NCBI RefSeq assembly: GCF_001194135.2
Contig: NC_068981.1
Span: forward strand, 166,831,549-166,895,548
DNA length: 64,000 nucleotides
Source: Octopus bimaculoides
Taxonomy: Eukaryota
Reading direction: 5' to 3'
Part shown: positions 23,924-37,700 of the stretch, piece after piece
How the letters are laid out: every line of letters begins with the position of its first letter
Numbering within the stretch: position 1 is the stretch's first letter
The notes under the pieces: model-generated
Database searches by the model: none
The model's input: only the letters and a program-made list of their open reading frames with translations
Told to the model about the DNA's origin: nothing
Position numbers and translations under genes: made by a program

Positions 23924-26819
23924 CACCTGCACACTCATTTAGTTCTTTGCCAATTTGCTCACTTGTTTCTATATGCTTATATGTATTCACACCCTTGTTT
24001 ATGCAGTCACCAGTTTTTTTCCACTCGCTAATCTGTACCACTACATGTGTGTGTATTCATGTGTGTGTATTCATCCAATATATTTGAATAAATAGGCATA
24101 CTGGAATGTTTACCGGCTGATGTCTGTCGATTTTATATCCTCTCCATTTTCTTATTTGCTGTATAAATCAAGGGTAAACCACTTGTTACCCCTGCAGCTC
24201 ATATCATCTGAGACAAACAAATACAAACTCTCAAAAGTTATGTACGAAACTGTCTCCTATTGATTGCTACTTTATTGAACCCTTCATTGAGATTAAATGT
24301 CTGGTACAACTATTGTTTACAAATGTATATTTATATACACTCACACAATATTTATATTTTGTGTCTTTAACTTCTGAGTTCAAATTCCACTGAGTTTGAC
24401 TTTACCTTTCATCCTTTTGGGGTTGATAAACTAAGTGTCAGTTGAACATTGGGGCCAATGTAATCAACTTAATCCCTTGCTCAAGATTGCTGGCCTTGTG
24501 CTAAAATATGAAACCAATATTTACATAAATAGAAAATGGATCTCCATAAATTATGATAATGAGTATTCCATTTATTCAATCAAGTGAATTAACCTACTCT
24601 TGAATTACTGTGTATGTAGTCAGGCACATGGCTCAGTGTCTGGGTCACAATCATGAGGTAGTGAGTTTGGTTCCCAGATCAGACTGTGTGTTGTGTTCTT
24701 GAGCAAGACACTTTATTTCACATTGGCCCAGTTCACTCAGCTGTAGAAATGAGTTGTGATGTCTCTGGTGCCAAGCTGTATTGGCCTTTGCCTTTCTTTT
24801 GGATAACATCAATAGCATGGAGAGGGGAGGCTGGTATGTATGGTCGACTGCTGGCCTTCTGTAAACAACTTTGCTTAGACTTGTGCCTCAGAGGGTAACT
24901 TTCTAAGTGCAATCCTATGGTCATTCATGACCGAAGGGGGACACTCAGTCAAGTATTTTTCAGGTAGACTCAGCATGACTGTATGGTAACATTTGCTTGC
25001 CAAGCACATAGTTTTGGGTTCAGTTCACTGTGTAGGACTTTGTGCAAGTGTCTCCTACTACATCCCCAGGCCAACAAAAGCCTTGGGCATGTGGATTTGG
25101 TTGACAGAAACTGAAAGAAGTTTGTTGTGTATATATATGTGTTACTGTCTCCTTGCTTTAATATTTTGTGATAGTTGAAAATGAGAGTCACTGTCCTGTA
25201 AGCTGTGTTCTTCATTTCTAATCTTCTTTGAAAACAAGGAAGTATTATCACAGTCACAGGGAAGTACTATCTGGAAACAGGCGAGGGTTGGTGACAAGAA
25301 GGGTATTCAGCCATAGATAATTTCCTCTCAACAAAATCCTTGAGCATGGAAAGGTGGAAGTTAGACTTATGATGATGATGATGATGATGATTCTGAATGA
25401 CACAGAGTATGCCAAGGTTGAGCCTTTTAACTACAGATACAACACATTAGATGGGCTTTCTGAAAATTTCTTTCTGCTCAGTTTCACTTATAAGGCTTGG
25501 GTTGGCCCAAGGCTATTTACAGTAAAAGACATTTGCCCAAGGTGTCATGCAGTAGTATTGAACCCAGACCTCCTCTCCTTGATTGCAAAGTAAGCTTCTC
25601 AACCACTTATCCATGATGATGTCTATACACATTGTCTATTAAATAATAGACAATGGCCTTATCAATGGTTTACACTATTTCAGAGAGAAGTCACAAGAGA
25701 TGTGTGTATTTCAACTCTTGAATGTTTGCATTTCTTAGTCTGGAATTATTCCAATCGTAGCTCATGGAAAACTGTTCCAGGCATTGATGGCTGAGTACAA
25801 GAAGTTCTTATTGATAGTGAAGATTTTGGTATCTGGTTAAAAAAGTGTAAGAGCTGGTTTTTATTCTTTGTTGCCTTCATAATGACAGGATTATGTTGCC
25901 TTTGGTGGTATAGAGAGGATCTAAGTGCTCTAAGCAAAAACCATTTTGGTGCCTCCAACTTAATTAACAAGCATGATGAATAAGACAAAATTTTGCACTC
26001 CATCACACTTGCGCTAGGGGGCAACTCTCCTCATCCTCCCGCTGACTACGCCTCTAATTGTATAAGAAGCAACTTAAATCTTAGTAAGTGGTATATTTAT
26101 TTGGTAGAGTGTTGTTGAAAGACATTCTACCGACTGTATGGGATGTCAAAGGTATATTTGAACACAGCACTACAAGATAATACTCGTCAGTTTAAGAGGT
26201 CTTGCTATCAACTGTAGTGAGCTGTACGTCTAAATAGCATGTATTTAGAGCTGAGAATTCCCACAATACATTAATTTCTAATTCTTGAGATTCCATTATT
26301 AATTGAACTCTAGATGTCGTTAGCTTGAAATTTTGAGTAACTTAATGTCTTACCAGATGATAAAAGTAAAAGTTACAGGCAAAGAAATTTAATAGCGACG
26401 GAGTTTGTTTTGTAAGAGCAACCTCTGTCGCTAACTATCTAAACCGTTTTATTTCCAGAAAGTAGCTATGAAATAGAAATCTTCTCGATATTTAAAAGCA
26501 TCACTTACACAATATATATAACTTCTAAGGTAGCTTTTGCTTTCGTTAATTCTTTATTTGCTTTCCGTTCATTAGCTTTCTTTTCTTCCAAGATGCGAAA
26601 ATTATGGTAAAAATATATTTAGACTAGATTATGTAATTATATATAAAATAAGACTATTTACATCCGAATCTTAAAATTATATCATAGAATATTCCCTAGT
26701 TCCAAGGACGATAAAATTTTGAGAATCCATTTTCTCATCCTAAACGGATTAATTTCAGATACGGAATTAATAAAAAAAATAACAGCAATAAAATAAGCAG
26801 ATTAATGTGAAATATGCTA

Positions 26820-27056
26820 GAGTTGTCCCCCTTCTCCATACACGGAAGTTTGAGAGCGCATGATCGTTATCTTAAACGATGGCTGCCGACCAGTCGAAAA
26901 AGTATTTAGCTTACAACCAGATTTTATCAGAAAATCGCCCTTGTCTGGGGTTGGGATAACTTTGCTGTAATAATTAATAATCGTAGTTTGATAGTTATAT
27001 CGTCATTCGTTCATTTCATTGTACAGTTAAATCGAATAATTAAAAAAAAGTGAACG
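26820..27056 (+). promoter_or_regulatory. TRAPPC8 promoter / 5' UTR
   Basis: Local CpG retention just upstream of the ATG; ETS-like CGGAAGT (26843), NRF1-like GCGCATG (about 26856), YY1-like ATGGCTGCC (about 26879). Confidence 0.55.
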
Positions 27057-27213
27057 ATGGCGCAGTGCAAGCAGACGGCTCAGGAGTTTATCCAGAACAC
27101 GTTTAGTCCGCAGGTGGCTGTACTGTGTAGTGCAGATGCTGAACATTTGTGTCAAAAAAACAATTTGACATTTGTTGAGTTAGTACAACCATTCTGTCGA
27201 CTTAACAGCGAAG
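27057..27213 (+). CDS. TRAPPC8: TRAPPC8 coding exon 1 (157 nt, ends phase 1)
   Basis: ATG-initiated MAQCKQTAQEFIQNTFSPQVAVLCSADAEHLCQKNNLTFVELVQPFCRLNSE resembles the TRAPPC8/Trs85 N-terminus as I recall it (MAQCVQSVQELIPDSF...); donor GAAG|gtaaga. Confidence 0.95.
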
Positions 27214-28439
27214 GTAAGATTTACATTTTACACAATATTACTCCCCCGAATAGTTCTTGAACTAATCTTAGTGCCATAATTTTGAAAACAAGCTATTATT
27301 TTGAGGGTGACGCGCTAAATTGGATCAAAGGGGTGGGATATCTTTTCTCTTTTTCTTTGACATATCAACGTCTAAACAGATCACTCTGTTTTCTTTTTGT
27401 TATCTGGACTTTAAACTATGTTATTCTGATATGTTTTCAGTTAAAAATTTACCATGTTTTCTTCTTTATTCGTTAAATTATAAATAACCAGTCGATAAAT
27501 TTTCATTTAATTAGCCATAAGTTTTATTTTTTATCGTTTATATTTCTCCTCGGTAGATACTTAAAAATGTTCAACGTAAATATTTTAATCAACTTCATTC
27601 CATCTTTGTTACCAAGCTTTCATGATAATCTTTGTACGGTTTTGAAGATTCTTATTTTGACACGTTTTATCTTCGAACTTGCATAATATTTTCATTTACG
27701 GTTTTCAATTCATGCTTTATCTCCATCGATTCATAGATTCCTCGATAATGCTGTAGGCCTTCAAAGTCATTCTTTAATTTAGTAGTAGTAGTAATAATAA
27801 TGACACACATTATTTTGTAATGAATAATAAATAACATTCAATAAATCATTATTTTAAGGTGGGAGTATTTTTTGTGTGCTATGTCTTGGGAAAATTCCAA
27901 CTAATTTTCGTTTTATTATTTTTTTGTTTTAATTATTGTTCTGGTCTTATTTTCAAATGTTAGCCATAACATCCTTTTGCCATAGTGAAACGCCGTGCTG
28001 TGAATTGTGTACAAGTTATCGATATGAATATAATTAGCTCTTATATGTACAGTGTGTCGCTTGCGCTTCATTCAGAATTAGTATTTGTCTGGATTAATTT
28101 AGAAGCCAACTACATTAATATACTTCTACCCACACGTATTTCAAATCAATACATTATTATAGGCCCTGGATATAGACTTAATTGTACGATTGCATAGAAT
28201 TTCTTACATTTAAAAATTCTTGTATAGTTATTAATGACTGCATTACTCGAAGCACTACAAATATTGAAATAACTAATCTACACACATACACATATGTTAT
28301 ATGTATGTATGTGTATTTTACATGAATATTTTTGGCTGAAACATTTTTATTTAGATTTATAAATTAGTAAAATTTTTCGAAAGTATATACAAATATAGTT
28401 GAATTTATTAAAGCCTATACAAACACACACACGCACACA

Positions 28440-28524
28440 AATATATATATATATATATATACATATATGATATATATATATGATATATATATATATATAC
28501 ATATATGATATATATATATATATT

Positions 28525-28561
<37 letters not shown>

Positions 28562-28570
28562 ATTTATATT
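28440..28570. repeat. Interrupted (TA)n microsatellite
   Basis: Direct reading. Confidence 0.95.
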
Positions 28571-29350
28571 TATTATGTATTCGTAGCTTCATTACTCAAG
28601 ATCACTGTTTATATATTTCCGCTTTCAGTGTGCAGTTCTCCATTGAGTAACAATTTAGCTTCTCACCAACTACAATTTTGGTTTGGAATAGTTATTATAC
28701 CTTTACTTTGAAATATGAGTTAATTACTTCCTCGACAGTTAATACATGAACACTTGAAGAGGGGTGGGTCCACATGAACCACAGCCATGTTGTCGATTAA
28801 CGTGTCATCTAGTTTGTAGTTTCTTTTTTTCTTTCTCGAATTCATGTAGCTACATCCTTGCATCCATTATTGAATTCATTCATTTATTATCGTTTCTTGT
28901 TTGAGTTTTTCAGAACGATTCACCCGATTGCCCGTATACAAAGCTATTTGCATTGTTTTATGCAAACATTCTGAGATGCGGAATATATTTTAAAGACAAC
29001 TATACTCTATAATAAACTTGTAAGGATGAATAAGAAATATATTTATGCACACGAATATGTGCATATTTATAATTCCAGTGAAAATATTTACATGTCTTCC
29101 ACCGAAAAATGTTTTTTTTTTTATATCTTGCAAGATTCTTGACAATAAACCATTTTAATAAGATCATAATTTTAAGAGATGAAACATTTTTCAATATTTA
29201 CACTTATTGGTTTGATCTCCGATTCTCATCAGGTGTCTTATTCATGGATATACATATAGTGACACAATGATTTCTAAATTAAGGGTAATAACGTTCGTTG
29301 TTGATTTCAAAGAGTTTCAAAATATACTCAAGATAAATAATAATCAAACC

Positions 29351-29463
29351 AATTAAAGGCGAAGGTAAAGAATACGCACACCACCCGTTTTCAGTGGATA
29401 AACTTAAGTTTAGGGTTACGCCGAAAACGGGTGGTGTGCGTATTCATTACCTCCACCTCAATT
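29351..29463. repeat. Long inverted repeat (MITE-like hairpin) in TRAPPC8 intron 1
   Basis: Arms of about 44 bp with a perfect core GAATACGCACACCACCCGTTTTC / GAAAACGGGTGGTGTGCGTATTC; the spacer contains the palindrome AAACTTAAGTTT. Confidence 0.85.
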
Positions 29464-30926
29464 AAGATTGTTTTAATTAAATATTTTTCATAGTTTATCG
29501 AATATATATTTAATAAGGAATATTGTATCTACGTTTATAATAAATCACTTGAGAGGAGGAAGAAAAGCATGGGTGTTGATAAATTGTTCAGATTAGAACT
29601 TAATTTTCTAGTAATCAACTACATTGAGGTAGTCTAATGGTCAAAGTATATAAGAAACATTTTCCATTTTATTTTAATTTGGGATTTTGACATATGGTGT
29701 CTTTGTTTTCTGAGAGAACATTGTATACCATTCGGATCCAACATATTATTTTACTGTATTATTATACATTATTACCATCTCAAAATGAATTCACTTTTAG
29801 TTGTTCCACATGTCAGCTGTTTGTACCAATTTTAACGCTCATTATCTTGACACAGAGGCCACATTTTTTCTTTGTTGTCTTTTACATTGCACTTATTTAT
29901 ACTTTTTACTCTATCACTCACACGCACAACTTGACGATCTTCAGTTGGTCAAAATTAATCTTATTCTGACAAGTATTTATTAGTAATCCTTTGAAGTATT
30001 GTATTTATCGATTAGATCAAAACGAAAGCTTGTGAGTATTAGAAACCAGCGTTTGCTTGCTAGAAGCATGGTGGCACAGATCTTTTCCAGTTGTTGGTTG
30101 AGAATTATTTGCTCACCAATTCTGTTTCTTGAAAAATACAACTTATATTCATAATCTTTGAAAAATCTCCAGATTTTGATATTCAGTTGGCTTCATTTTG
30201 GAAAATATATTATTAAAATTAACATCTTTGCATATTTCAAAAGGAAAATGAGACTGAATACAAGATTACTGAGAACTTTTGATTAGAGATTATTTGTAAA
30301 ATGTTGAGAACTGATTGCTTGAAAATGCTCTATTTTACGAGAGATAGCGAGCTGTTTAAAAAAAAAATTTAATCTTGCAATAGCTAATTAATGAAATTGT
30401 TTATATTCTTTCATGTATCTGTTGGGCAGAAGAAATGTTATGGTCTTATGTATTTTAGACAACAACAATGAAAGCAGTACTGCTTCAGAGTTGGTTTTAT
30501 TCCATCTTGCTTGAGCTAAAATCTTTTAGAACTAACTTTGCATTTGTATTTGTGGGATACGTAAAATCTTTACCTGTTGTATATTGACCATTGGTAAAAG
30601 CAGCAATAGGTGTATTGCCTAAGGAATCCTATATTTCTTGAATGAAAATTCACTTAAATTATATTTTCTTTGATGGTGGCATGGGGCCATGCACTGTAAC
30701 AGCACATTACTGCATCCACCATTTGTAGATGATTCTCTTCTCCTGGTGGGTGACAACCCTCCAATTCATAGGTTTGTTTGGTAGTCATTTGCTGGCGAGG
30801 GTTTTATGAGGTTGGAGTGCAAACCCTATTTCAACCTCTATTAGTTACCCTTTACAACACAGAAGAAACATTGAGTCTTTTCTTTGACATGCTGGTCCCC
30901 ACACAGCTTTTGATGAATGGAACCAT

Positions 30927-31135
30927 CGAGCGTGGCCGTTTTCGTGCGGGTGACACGTAAAAGCACCCACTACACTCTCTGAGTGGTTGGCGTTAGGAAG
31001 GGCATCCAGCTGTAGAAACTCTGCCAAATCAGACTGGAGCCTGGTGTTGCCATCCGGTTTCACCAGTCCTCAGTCAAATCGTCCAACCCATGCTAGCATG
31101 GAAAGCGGATGTTAAACGATGATGATGATGATGAT
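30927..31135 (+). mobile_element. Same (GAT)n-tailed SINE family, copy
   Basis: Near-identical core and tail. Confidence 0.85.
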
Positions 31136-33104
31136 TAGTTTCAGATTTTGGCACAAGGCTAGCAATTTCAGGGGAGGGTATAGGTTGATTACGTTGACCC
31201 CTGTGCTCAGGTGGTACTTACTTTATTGATCTCCATGATGAAAGGCTAAGTTGACATTGGCAGAATTTGAACTTGGAATGTAAAGACAAATGAAATGCTG
31301 TGAAACATTTTGCCTGGCATGCTAATGATTGTCAACTCATTGCATTAATGAGTGAAATTATATTAACAATGACATATCTAAACTTTGTAATCTATCCTTG
31401 GCTTGGCAACGGGTAAATAATCTGATGGAAAAAAAAAAGAAAAAATATATATATCTATGTGTGTGTGTGTGTGTGTATATAAATATAATTATAAAAGAAA
31501 GATAACAAAAATTCTGAAGGAATAAAAAAAAAAGTTCATACCAACCAAATAGATAATTTTGTGAAGCACAGGTATATTAAGTACATAGCTCATTTGAAAA
31601 AAGGGCCTCTGTGGATAGTTCCTTTTCTCATTATATTGGAAATGAAGTCAATAGAAAGACCTGTATTTAGTAGTTTAGTTCCAGGTTAGCCCTGGTGAGT
31701 GAAGGTTTTTCCAAATGTGACTATCCCCTTGTTTTCAAGAATAGTGAACTTTTCCCTTTTTTACAACAGCAGGCTGTGAAAGGAAAATTTAACAGCTATT
31801 TTTAACAGGGTAACTGACTACATAGAGGCTCTTTCATAAGCTTGAAATATATTCAATTTTCATTTTGGGAAATACTGCTATATGGGATTAATGTTTCAGG
31901 ATACATATAAAAAAAAAAAGATTTTTTTTCTTGAAATTAAAGGTATTGCAGATCTTTCAATTCTGTGACATTACTTTAATAAAAGATCTTTAAAAAAATG
32001 AATCTATAATGGAAGATGTTTCAATCTACATCTTACACTAAACTTGGTAGTCTCTCCTTGAATTTTTGGAAAGTTTCCTAAAAATGTCCATACACATATT
32101 GATCTGAATTCACACACAATTTGTTTCTTTGTACATGATTTTTTTCTCTCTGTATGTACAAACATATCCTTGCTCAAGTCTATAGATTTATCCATACACA
32201 CACACACACATCTTAACATACAATGTATGATTATATGTGTGTGTGTACACATGCATAATCTGTTAAATCTTAGATTTGTAACCTCTATTAATGATTTAGA
32301 CATTCTTCTAACCATTTCTATTTCTTCACATGTTCACACTAAAACTTGTAAATATCTGTGAATTAGTAAAATGTTCTCGATTCTAAATCATGTATTTTGA
32401 GGAAGAAATGCTTTTAGAAGGAAGCAGTTCTTTTTCCAAAACCAGTTGTAAATTTAATCATATCTAATTGCATAACAAAATTATTTGAATTAAAATATTG
32501 GTTTTTAGAATTAGGATTATAATTTTTGAAAATAAATTATCAAGAAGTTAATCTCAAGGGAATGATGAATCATCACCTCTTTATTGTCAATAAAAATGTA
32601 AATATAAGAGAAATCCAGATAATGTGAGAAAAATAATTTTTTGTCATAACAAAAAAAAAAAAAAATACAAGGAAATAGTATATCATCATCCTTTAACATC
32701 CATGCTAGCATGGGTAAGACAGTATGACAGGATCCAGTTAGTCTGAAGACTGCATTATGCTCCAATGTCTGTTTTGTCATGATTTCTATGGCTGGATGCC
32801 TTTCTAAAGCCAATCACTTTACAGCGTGTACTAGATGCTTCTTTTATGCCACAAGCACTACTGAGGTCACTATGCAGTCTTCAAGACCATGATCTCCTTT
32901 GACTGAGTCAGACTATAGTAGAGAGGGAGATGGCTTTATGCTAGGAGGTGATGGGTTAAAAAGAGCAAGAAGGGGCCAGAACAGAAAAGGTTTTTTGCTG
33001 TTGGGGAGCTACATGCTTTTTCACATTATAGAAGAAAGAGCATGGGAGTGGATGAGGTAGAAATGGAAAGAGATAAAAATAGTCATAAGTTGTGTTACCA
33101 ACGT

Positions 33105-33430
33105 CGCCTTCCTGGCACTTGTGCCAGTGGTATGTGAAAAGACATTCGAGCAAGATCGTTGCCAGTACTGCTGGACTGGCTCCTGTGCAGGTGGCACGTA
33201 AAATACACCATTTCGAGCATGGCCGTTGCCAGTACCGCCTGACAGGCCTTCGTGCCGGTGGCACGTAAAAGCACCCACTACACTCTCGGAGTGGTTGGCG
33301 TTAGGAAGGGCATCCAACTGTAGAAACTCTGCCAAATCAGATTGGAGCCTGGTGTAGCTACCTGGTCCACCAGTCCTCATTCAAATTGTCCAACCCATGC
33401 TAGCATGGAAAGCGGACGTTAAACGATGAA
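33105..33430 (+). mobile_element. Same (GAT)n-tailed SINE family, copy
   Basis: Near-identical core plus two internal units. Confidence 0.85.
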
Positions 33431-34249
33431 CAATGTTAGAGTGGACCCTCAAGATTCAAGGTGAGCAGAAGTAAGTGGAACAGGAGTGTGAAAGATAGAT
33501 GGGAATTGAATGATAGGGTGAATATTATGAACAAGTGTTGAGGGATGGTAACTGGGTGAGGTAGGGAAAAGTATGTGTCAACTATAGAAATTAAGCAGGG
33601 TTGAAGAGATTTGAAGGGTAACCAATGACACATGAGTAGAGGAGAGGACTGACAGTGCAGAAAAGATGGTGGGATGGTGAAGAGCAGCACAATAGTAATG
33701 ACACAGTAGACAGCATGGCAGGGAAGAGAGGGAGATGACAAGTGGTTAGGTATGTTGTGATAGTGTGGAACAAACATAGTGAAAGGCAGGGAGATGTATG
33801 GTGATGGAGGAGAGATAATTTGGTGACTCAGGAAAGTGATCAATATAAAATGTGAGTGGAGAGGACAGTATCAATAATGGTTTTGAATTTTTGCACTGGG
33901 CCATTAATTTTGAGGGAGGGATTAAGTCATTTGCATAGACCCTAGTGTTCAACTGGTACTTATTTTATTGACCCTGAAAGGCAAAGTCGACCTCAGCAGA
34001 ATTTGAACTCTGAATGTAAGGATGGACAAAATGTTGCTAAGCATTGCCAGCTAGCTGCCTTGAGGACAGTATTGATAATAAAAGCTAGATAGTGAAATGG
34101 TTCTGAGTAGTAAGAAGAGTAAACGGTATTGGGAAGAAAAAAGCTGAAATATGCAGTTCTACTCGTATTTGATTGGAGCAGCAGACTAATGTAGTTAGAG
34201 AGATGATGAGTGGTGGGAATGTCTTGATAAATTTGAGTGGGGGAGGGGC

Positions 34250-35330
34250 AGTTGTGCATATATACACACATTATGCTTCCAGAATCTCAGTTTCTCCAAG
34301 GTGGGTGGGTTTTATTGTGATTGCATATTACAAGACATCCCAATTCTTTTGTCATGTCCATGAAGCTCAGGGTCCTGTGGTGACTTCACCAGTTTGTCTT
34401 GTCTCCCTGAGTCTCCCTCTTCTGCAAACTCTATTCACATTGAGTTGCACTTTGTACAGCTACCTTCATCCAAATGCACATGTCCATACCAGCACATTCT
34501 TTCTTGCATACTTCATCTGATTCCTGTTGTGCCTAGTTTTTCTTTCAATGCATTAGTACTTTGTCATTTCTGCAAACTTATGTTGCACATTCAGTGGAGC
34601 AAGCTAGCTTCATTTCTTTCCAGTCTTTTCAAAAATCTGCATTTAAGGGCCATGTCTCACTACAAGGCAACATTACAGTTCTGACACAAGCATCATATAG
34701 TCTGCCCTTCATTCTGATGGAAAGGACCTTTGTTGCTAGCAATAACGGAAGCTCCCTGACCCCCCCCCCCAAAAAAAAATCCACTGTTCTTATCTTGGTT
34801 ACTATATTTTAAAAGCCACCGCCTCCCCTGCTATTTACATGTCCTAAGTAACAAAAGTTTTCAACTACTTTTAGTGAGCCATCTAGGCATTTAAGATCTA
34901 TTTTCAGTGTGCTCAAAGTACATATTGCTCCAGTACATCTATCATATGAAGCTTATGTTCTCTGTTAGTCTACCTATGATTTCACTACACTTCTTGTGTG
35001 TTCATGGCTTACATTGTGTACAGCATATGAAGTTTATATCTACTTTTCTGCATATCAAGCAAGGCCATTTCTCTGAAGATACTAGGGTCTTCTTTCGTAC
35101 TTACTAAAATCTTAGTTTTTGCTAAGTTTACCTTGAGACCTCTTGATTCTAGGTTTAGCTTCCATGCCTGAAATTTCCTATCTACTTTCCCTATAGATTC
35201 AACTATTTGAACTAGAGCATTAGTATATAGGAGTTCCAATGGACAACTAGTAATAAACTTTTCTGTGAAGGTCTATAGAGGCCTTATGAAGAGGAGAGGA
35301 CTGAAGACTGAACCTTGATAGACTCGAAGC
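34250..35330 (-). mobile_element. Decayed RTE-clade LINE, RT C-terminal part
   Basis: ELLYTNAL...KFQAWKLNLESRGLKVNLAKTKILVS, similar to the 54.3-55.2 kb copy. Confidence 0.8.
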
Positions 35331-35939
35331 AGCTAAGCATTTCTTTTTCTTTTTTCTTTTAGTTGTTTCAGCTGTTAGACTGCAGCCATTCTGGGGCACC
35401 GCTTTGAAGTATTTTAGTCGAATGAATTGACCCCAGTGCTTATTGTTTTTAAGCCTAGTACTTATTTTATTGCTCTCTTTTCGCTAAACTGCTAAGTTAC
35501 AGGGATGTAACCACACCAACATTAATTGTCAAGCGATGGTGAAGACAAACCAAAACACACATACACACGATGGGCTTCTTTCAATTTCCATCTACCAAAT
35601 CGACTCACAAAGCCCGAGACTACAGTGGAAGACACTTGCACAAGGTACCACGTAGTGGGATTGAATTTGGAACCATTATTGTAAACGTTTTATATCTCAT
35701 TATTTTTAATTTTGATCAACTCTATTTTTAATTGTCAATTTGGGGTTTGTCATTTCTATAGATTGTTAATGTAAAGTTATTGGATAAAAGTGCCATTTCC
35801 CTCCTGGTTTAAAAGACGATATTTGCATAAGCCAATGTACCATTAGATTTAGTAGGAAGTTAGATATAGAACAGTCCTTGTTTAAGTTGAATGAAAGATG
35901 AGGCTGTTCTATTACCATCTTTTTATGATTATCTTTCCA

Positions 35940-37700
35940 TGGTTGGATGAGTTTTCTTCAGCACTACATCTTGCCACCTGTTGAGGTCAGCTTCTCGTTA
36001 CATCACTTCTTCCCATGTCTTCCTTAGTATCCCACTTCTACTGGTTCCTTTCACTTGGCACTTCTTTACCCAACTGTCATTCTCCATATGCACCACAGGT
36101 TTGTATCAGTGCAGTCTTCTTTTTTGCACTTTACATTGATTCCTCTTATACTAGTTTCTCTGGGCTCATTTGTTCTCATTGTTCAGACAACTATGCATTC
36201 AGCATAGGGTGCTTGCCTTATTTCTCTCTCGAGCCTTCAATTGTTCTCTTCTTGTCTTGCCATCATGCAACATTGCACTTCACACATAAACATCATACAA
36301 TCTGCCATTCACTCAGTGAGAGAATCTCTTTGTTGCCAGCAAAGGTAAAATGCTCCTGGAACTTTTCCACCATGCTCTTACTTGGGGTACTATACTTTTA
36401 CAACATCCACCTCCACTGCTGGTAAAATTACCAATGTAATAGATGCTATCAGCTGGTTCTAAGAAATCTGAGCATTTGAAGAAATTTATTATCTATTTTT
36501 GTGCAGTTTCATATGAAGCCTACCATCTTTGCCACACTCTCACAACATACCTAACCACTTTTCTCCCTCTCTTTCTTCCCTGCATATGGTTCCAATGCAT
36601 CTCTTGTGTACACCTTATGTACACCTTATGGAATTTTCCGACTCTTTTTCTGTTTATCAAAATTGAGCATTTCCTTGATAGTAGCAGGCTAGGGTCCTAT
36701 TTCCTTTTCTTTCTAAAACTTCAATCTTTTCAAAGTTTTCTTTGTTTGAAATTTCTTCTTTGTCTTTGACAGTCATATATTGGAGCTTGGTCATCAGCAT
36801 ACAAGAGATCCAATGGGCAGCTAGTTTTATACTCTTCTCATATGGCTTAGAGAACTATGATAAGCAGTAAACAATAGTAGGAAATGAGAACTGAGCCCTG
36901 ATTGTTACATACCTGTACATTAAATGCCTTCTACTTATTCTCATTTTCTGAAGCTATCTCTCTATACATGGTTTGTACAATTTGCACAAGGCATTCATCA
37001 CTTTGTAGTAACCTCCAAACTATGGATTGTGATATTTTCTACAGTTAATAAATAGTTAGATATAGGAACTTGCTCTTAGCTAAGAACCTCTCCTATTGTT
37101 GTTTCACTCAGAAGATAGTCTCAGGCACCAACCCAAACTGCATTTCTTAACTCTTTCTGTTACTTTCATAATTTGATATATCAATTTTCTATTTTGAGCA
37201 TCTTCTTTGCCTTTGTAGCAGCTGATGATAATACTATGTGAGTCATTGAGTATGGGATCTCTTTGTACAAGATTATGTGGATCACAAGCATGTCCTACTT
37301 CATTTTCAGGATCTCAGTAATTGTCTCTGGTGGTCCAGCTGCTTTCCCTTCTTTCATATCCTTAATTGTGCTTTTCACAATGTAACTGTTAGCTTCAATA
37401 ACCAATATTGCTCTGTTATATGCCTTTCTCATGCATTCTCCAGATTCATAAATCTCTCAACATTTCCATTCCTCTTCTTGGTGTCAATGATAGTAAATGC
37501 ACACTTTTTTCTTAACACTATCTTGACTCGCACTAACCTACTGTCCTGCAATCTGGAGTACCTCATGCTTCAGATTGTTTTATCATAGAGCATTGACAAA
37601 TCTCTTGTTTTCAACTTCAGCTTGTTAAGTATAACTGGTATCTAACATCTCTTCAAGCCACCTGATATTGTATCTTGGTCCTTTCTTTCAATCTCTTCAG
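35940..37700 (-). mobile_element. Decayed RTE-clade LINE fragments
   Basis: - strand remnants of MKKGKAAGP...EILK, IIISCYKGK..., MKVTERV and the post-RT region (VKVRAWWKSSRSILPLL). Confidence 0.7.

Noticed and set aside
26505-26620. Possible divergent - strand exon upstream of TRAPPC8 (donor GT|GTAAGT)
   Set aside because: The open frame has no start codon, and I found no supporting downstream exon.
29190-29240. CTGATGA on the - strand (plus 29226-29232) as a hammerhead
   Set aside because: No proper GAAA, stem III or stem I partner.
33021-33380. Recurring ORFs with AEFLQLDALPNANHSESVVGAF (also 17464, 30845, 38750)
   Set aside because: Antisense translation of the SINE core, not a protein family.
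33436-34271. Several overlapping 60-135 aa ORFs; also 36015-36769 and 56611-57036
   Set aside because: Low-complexity or antisense translations of repeat-derived DNA with no protein motifs.
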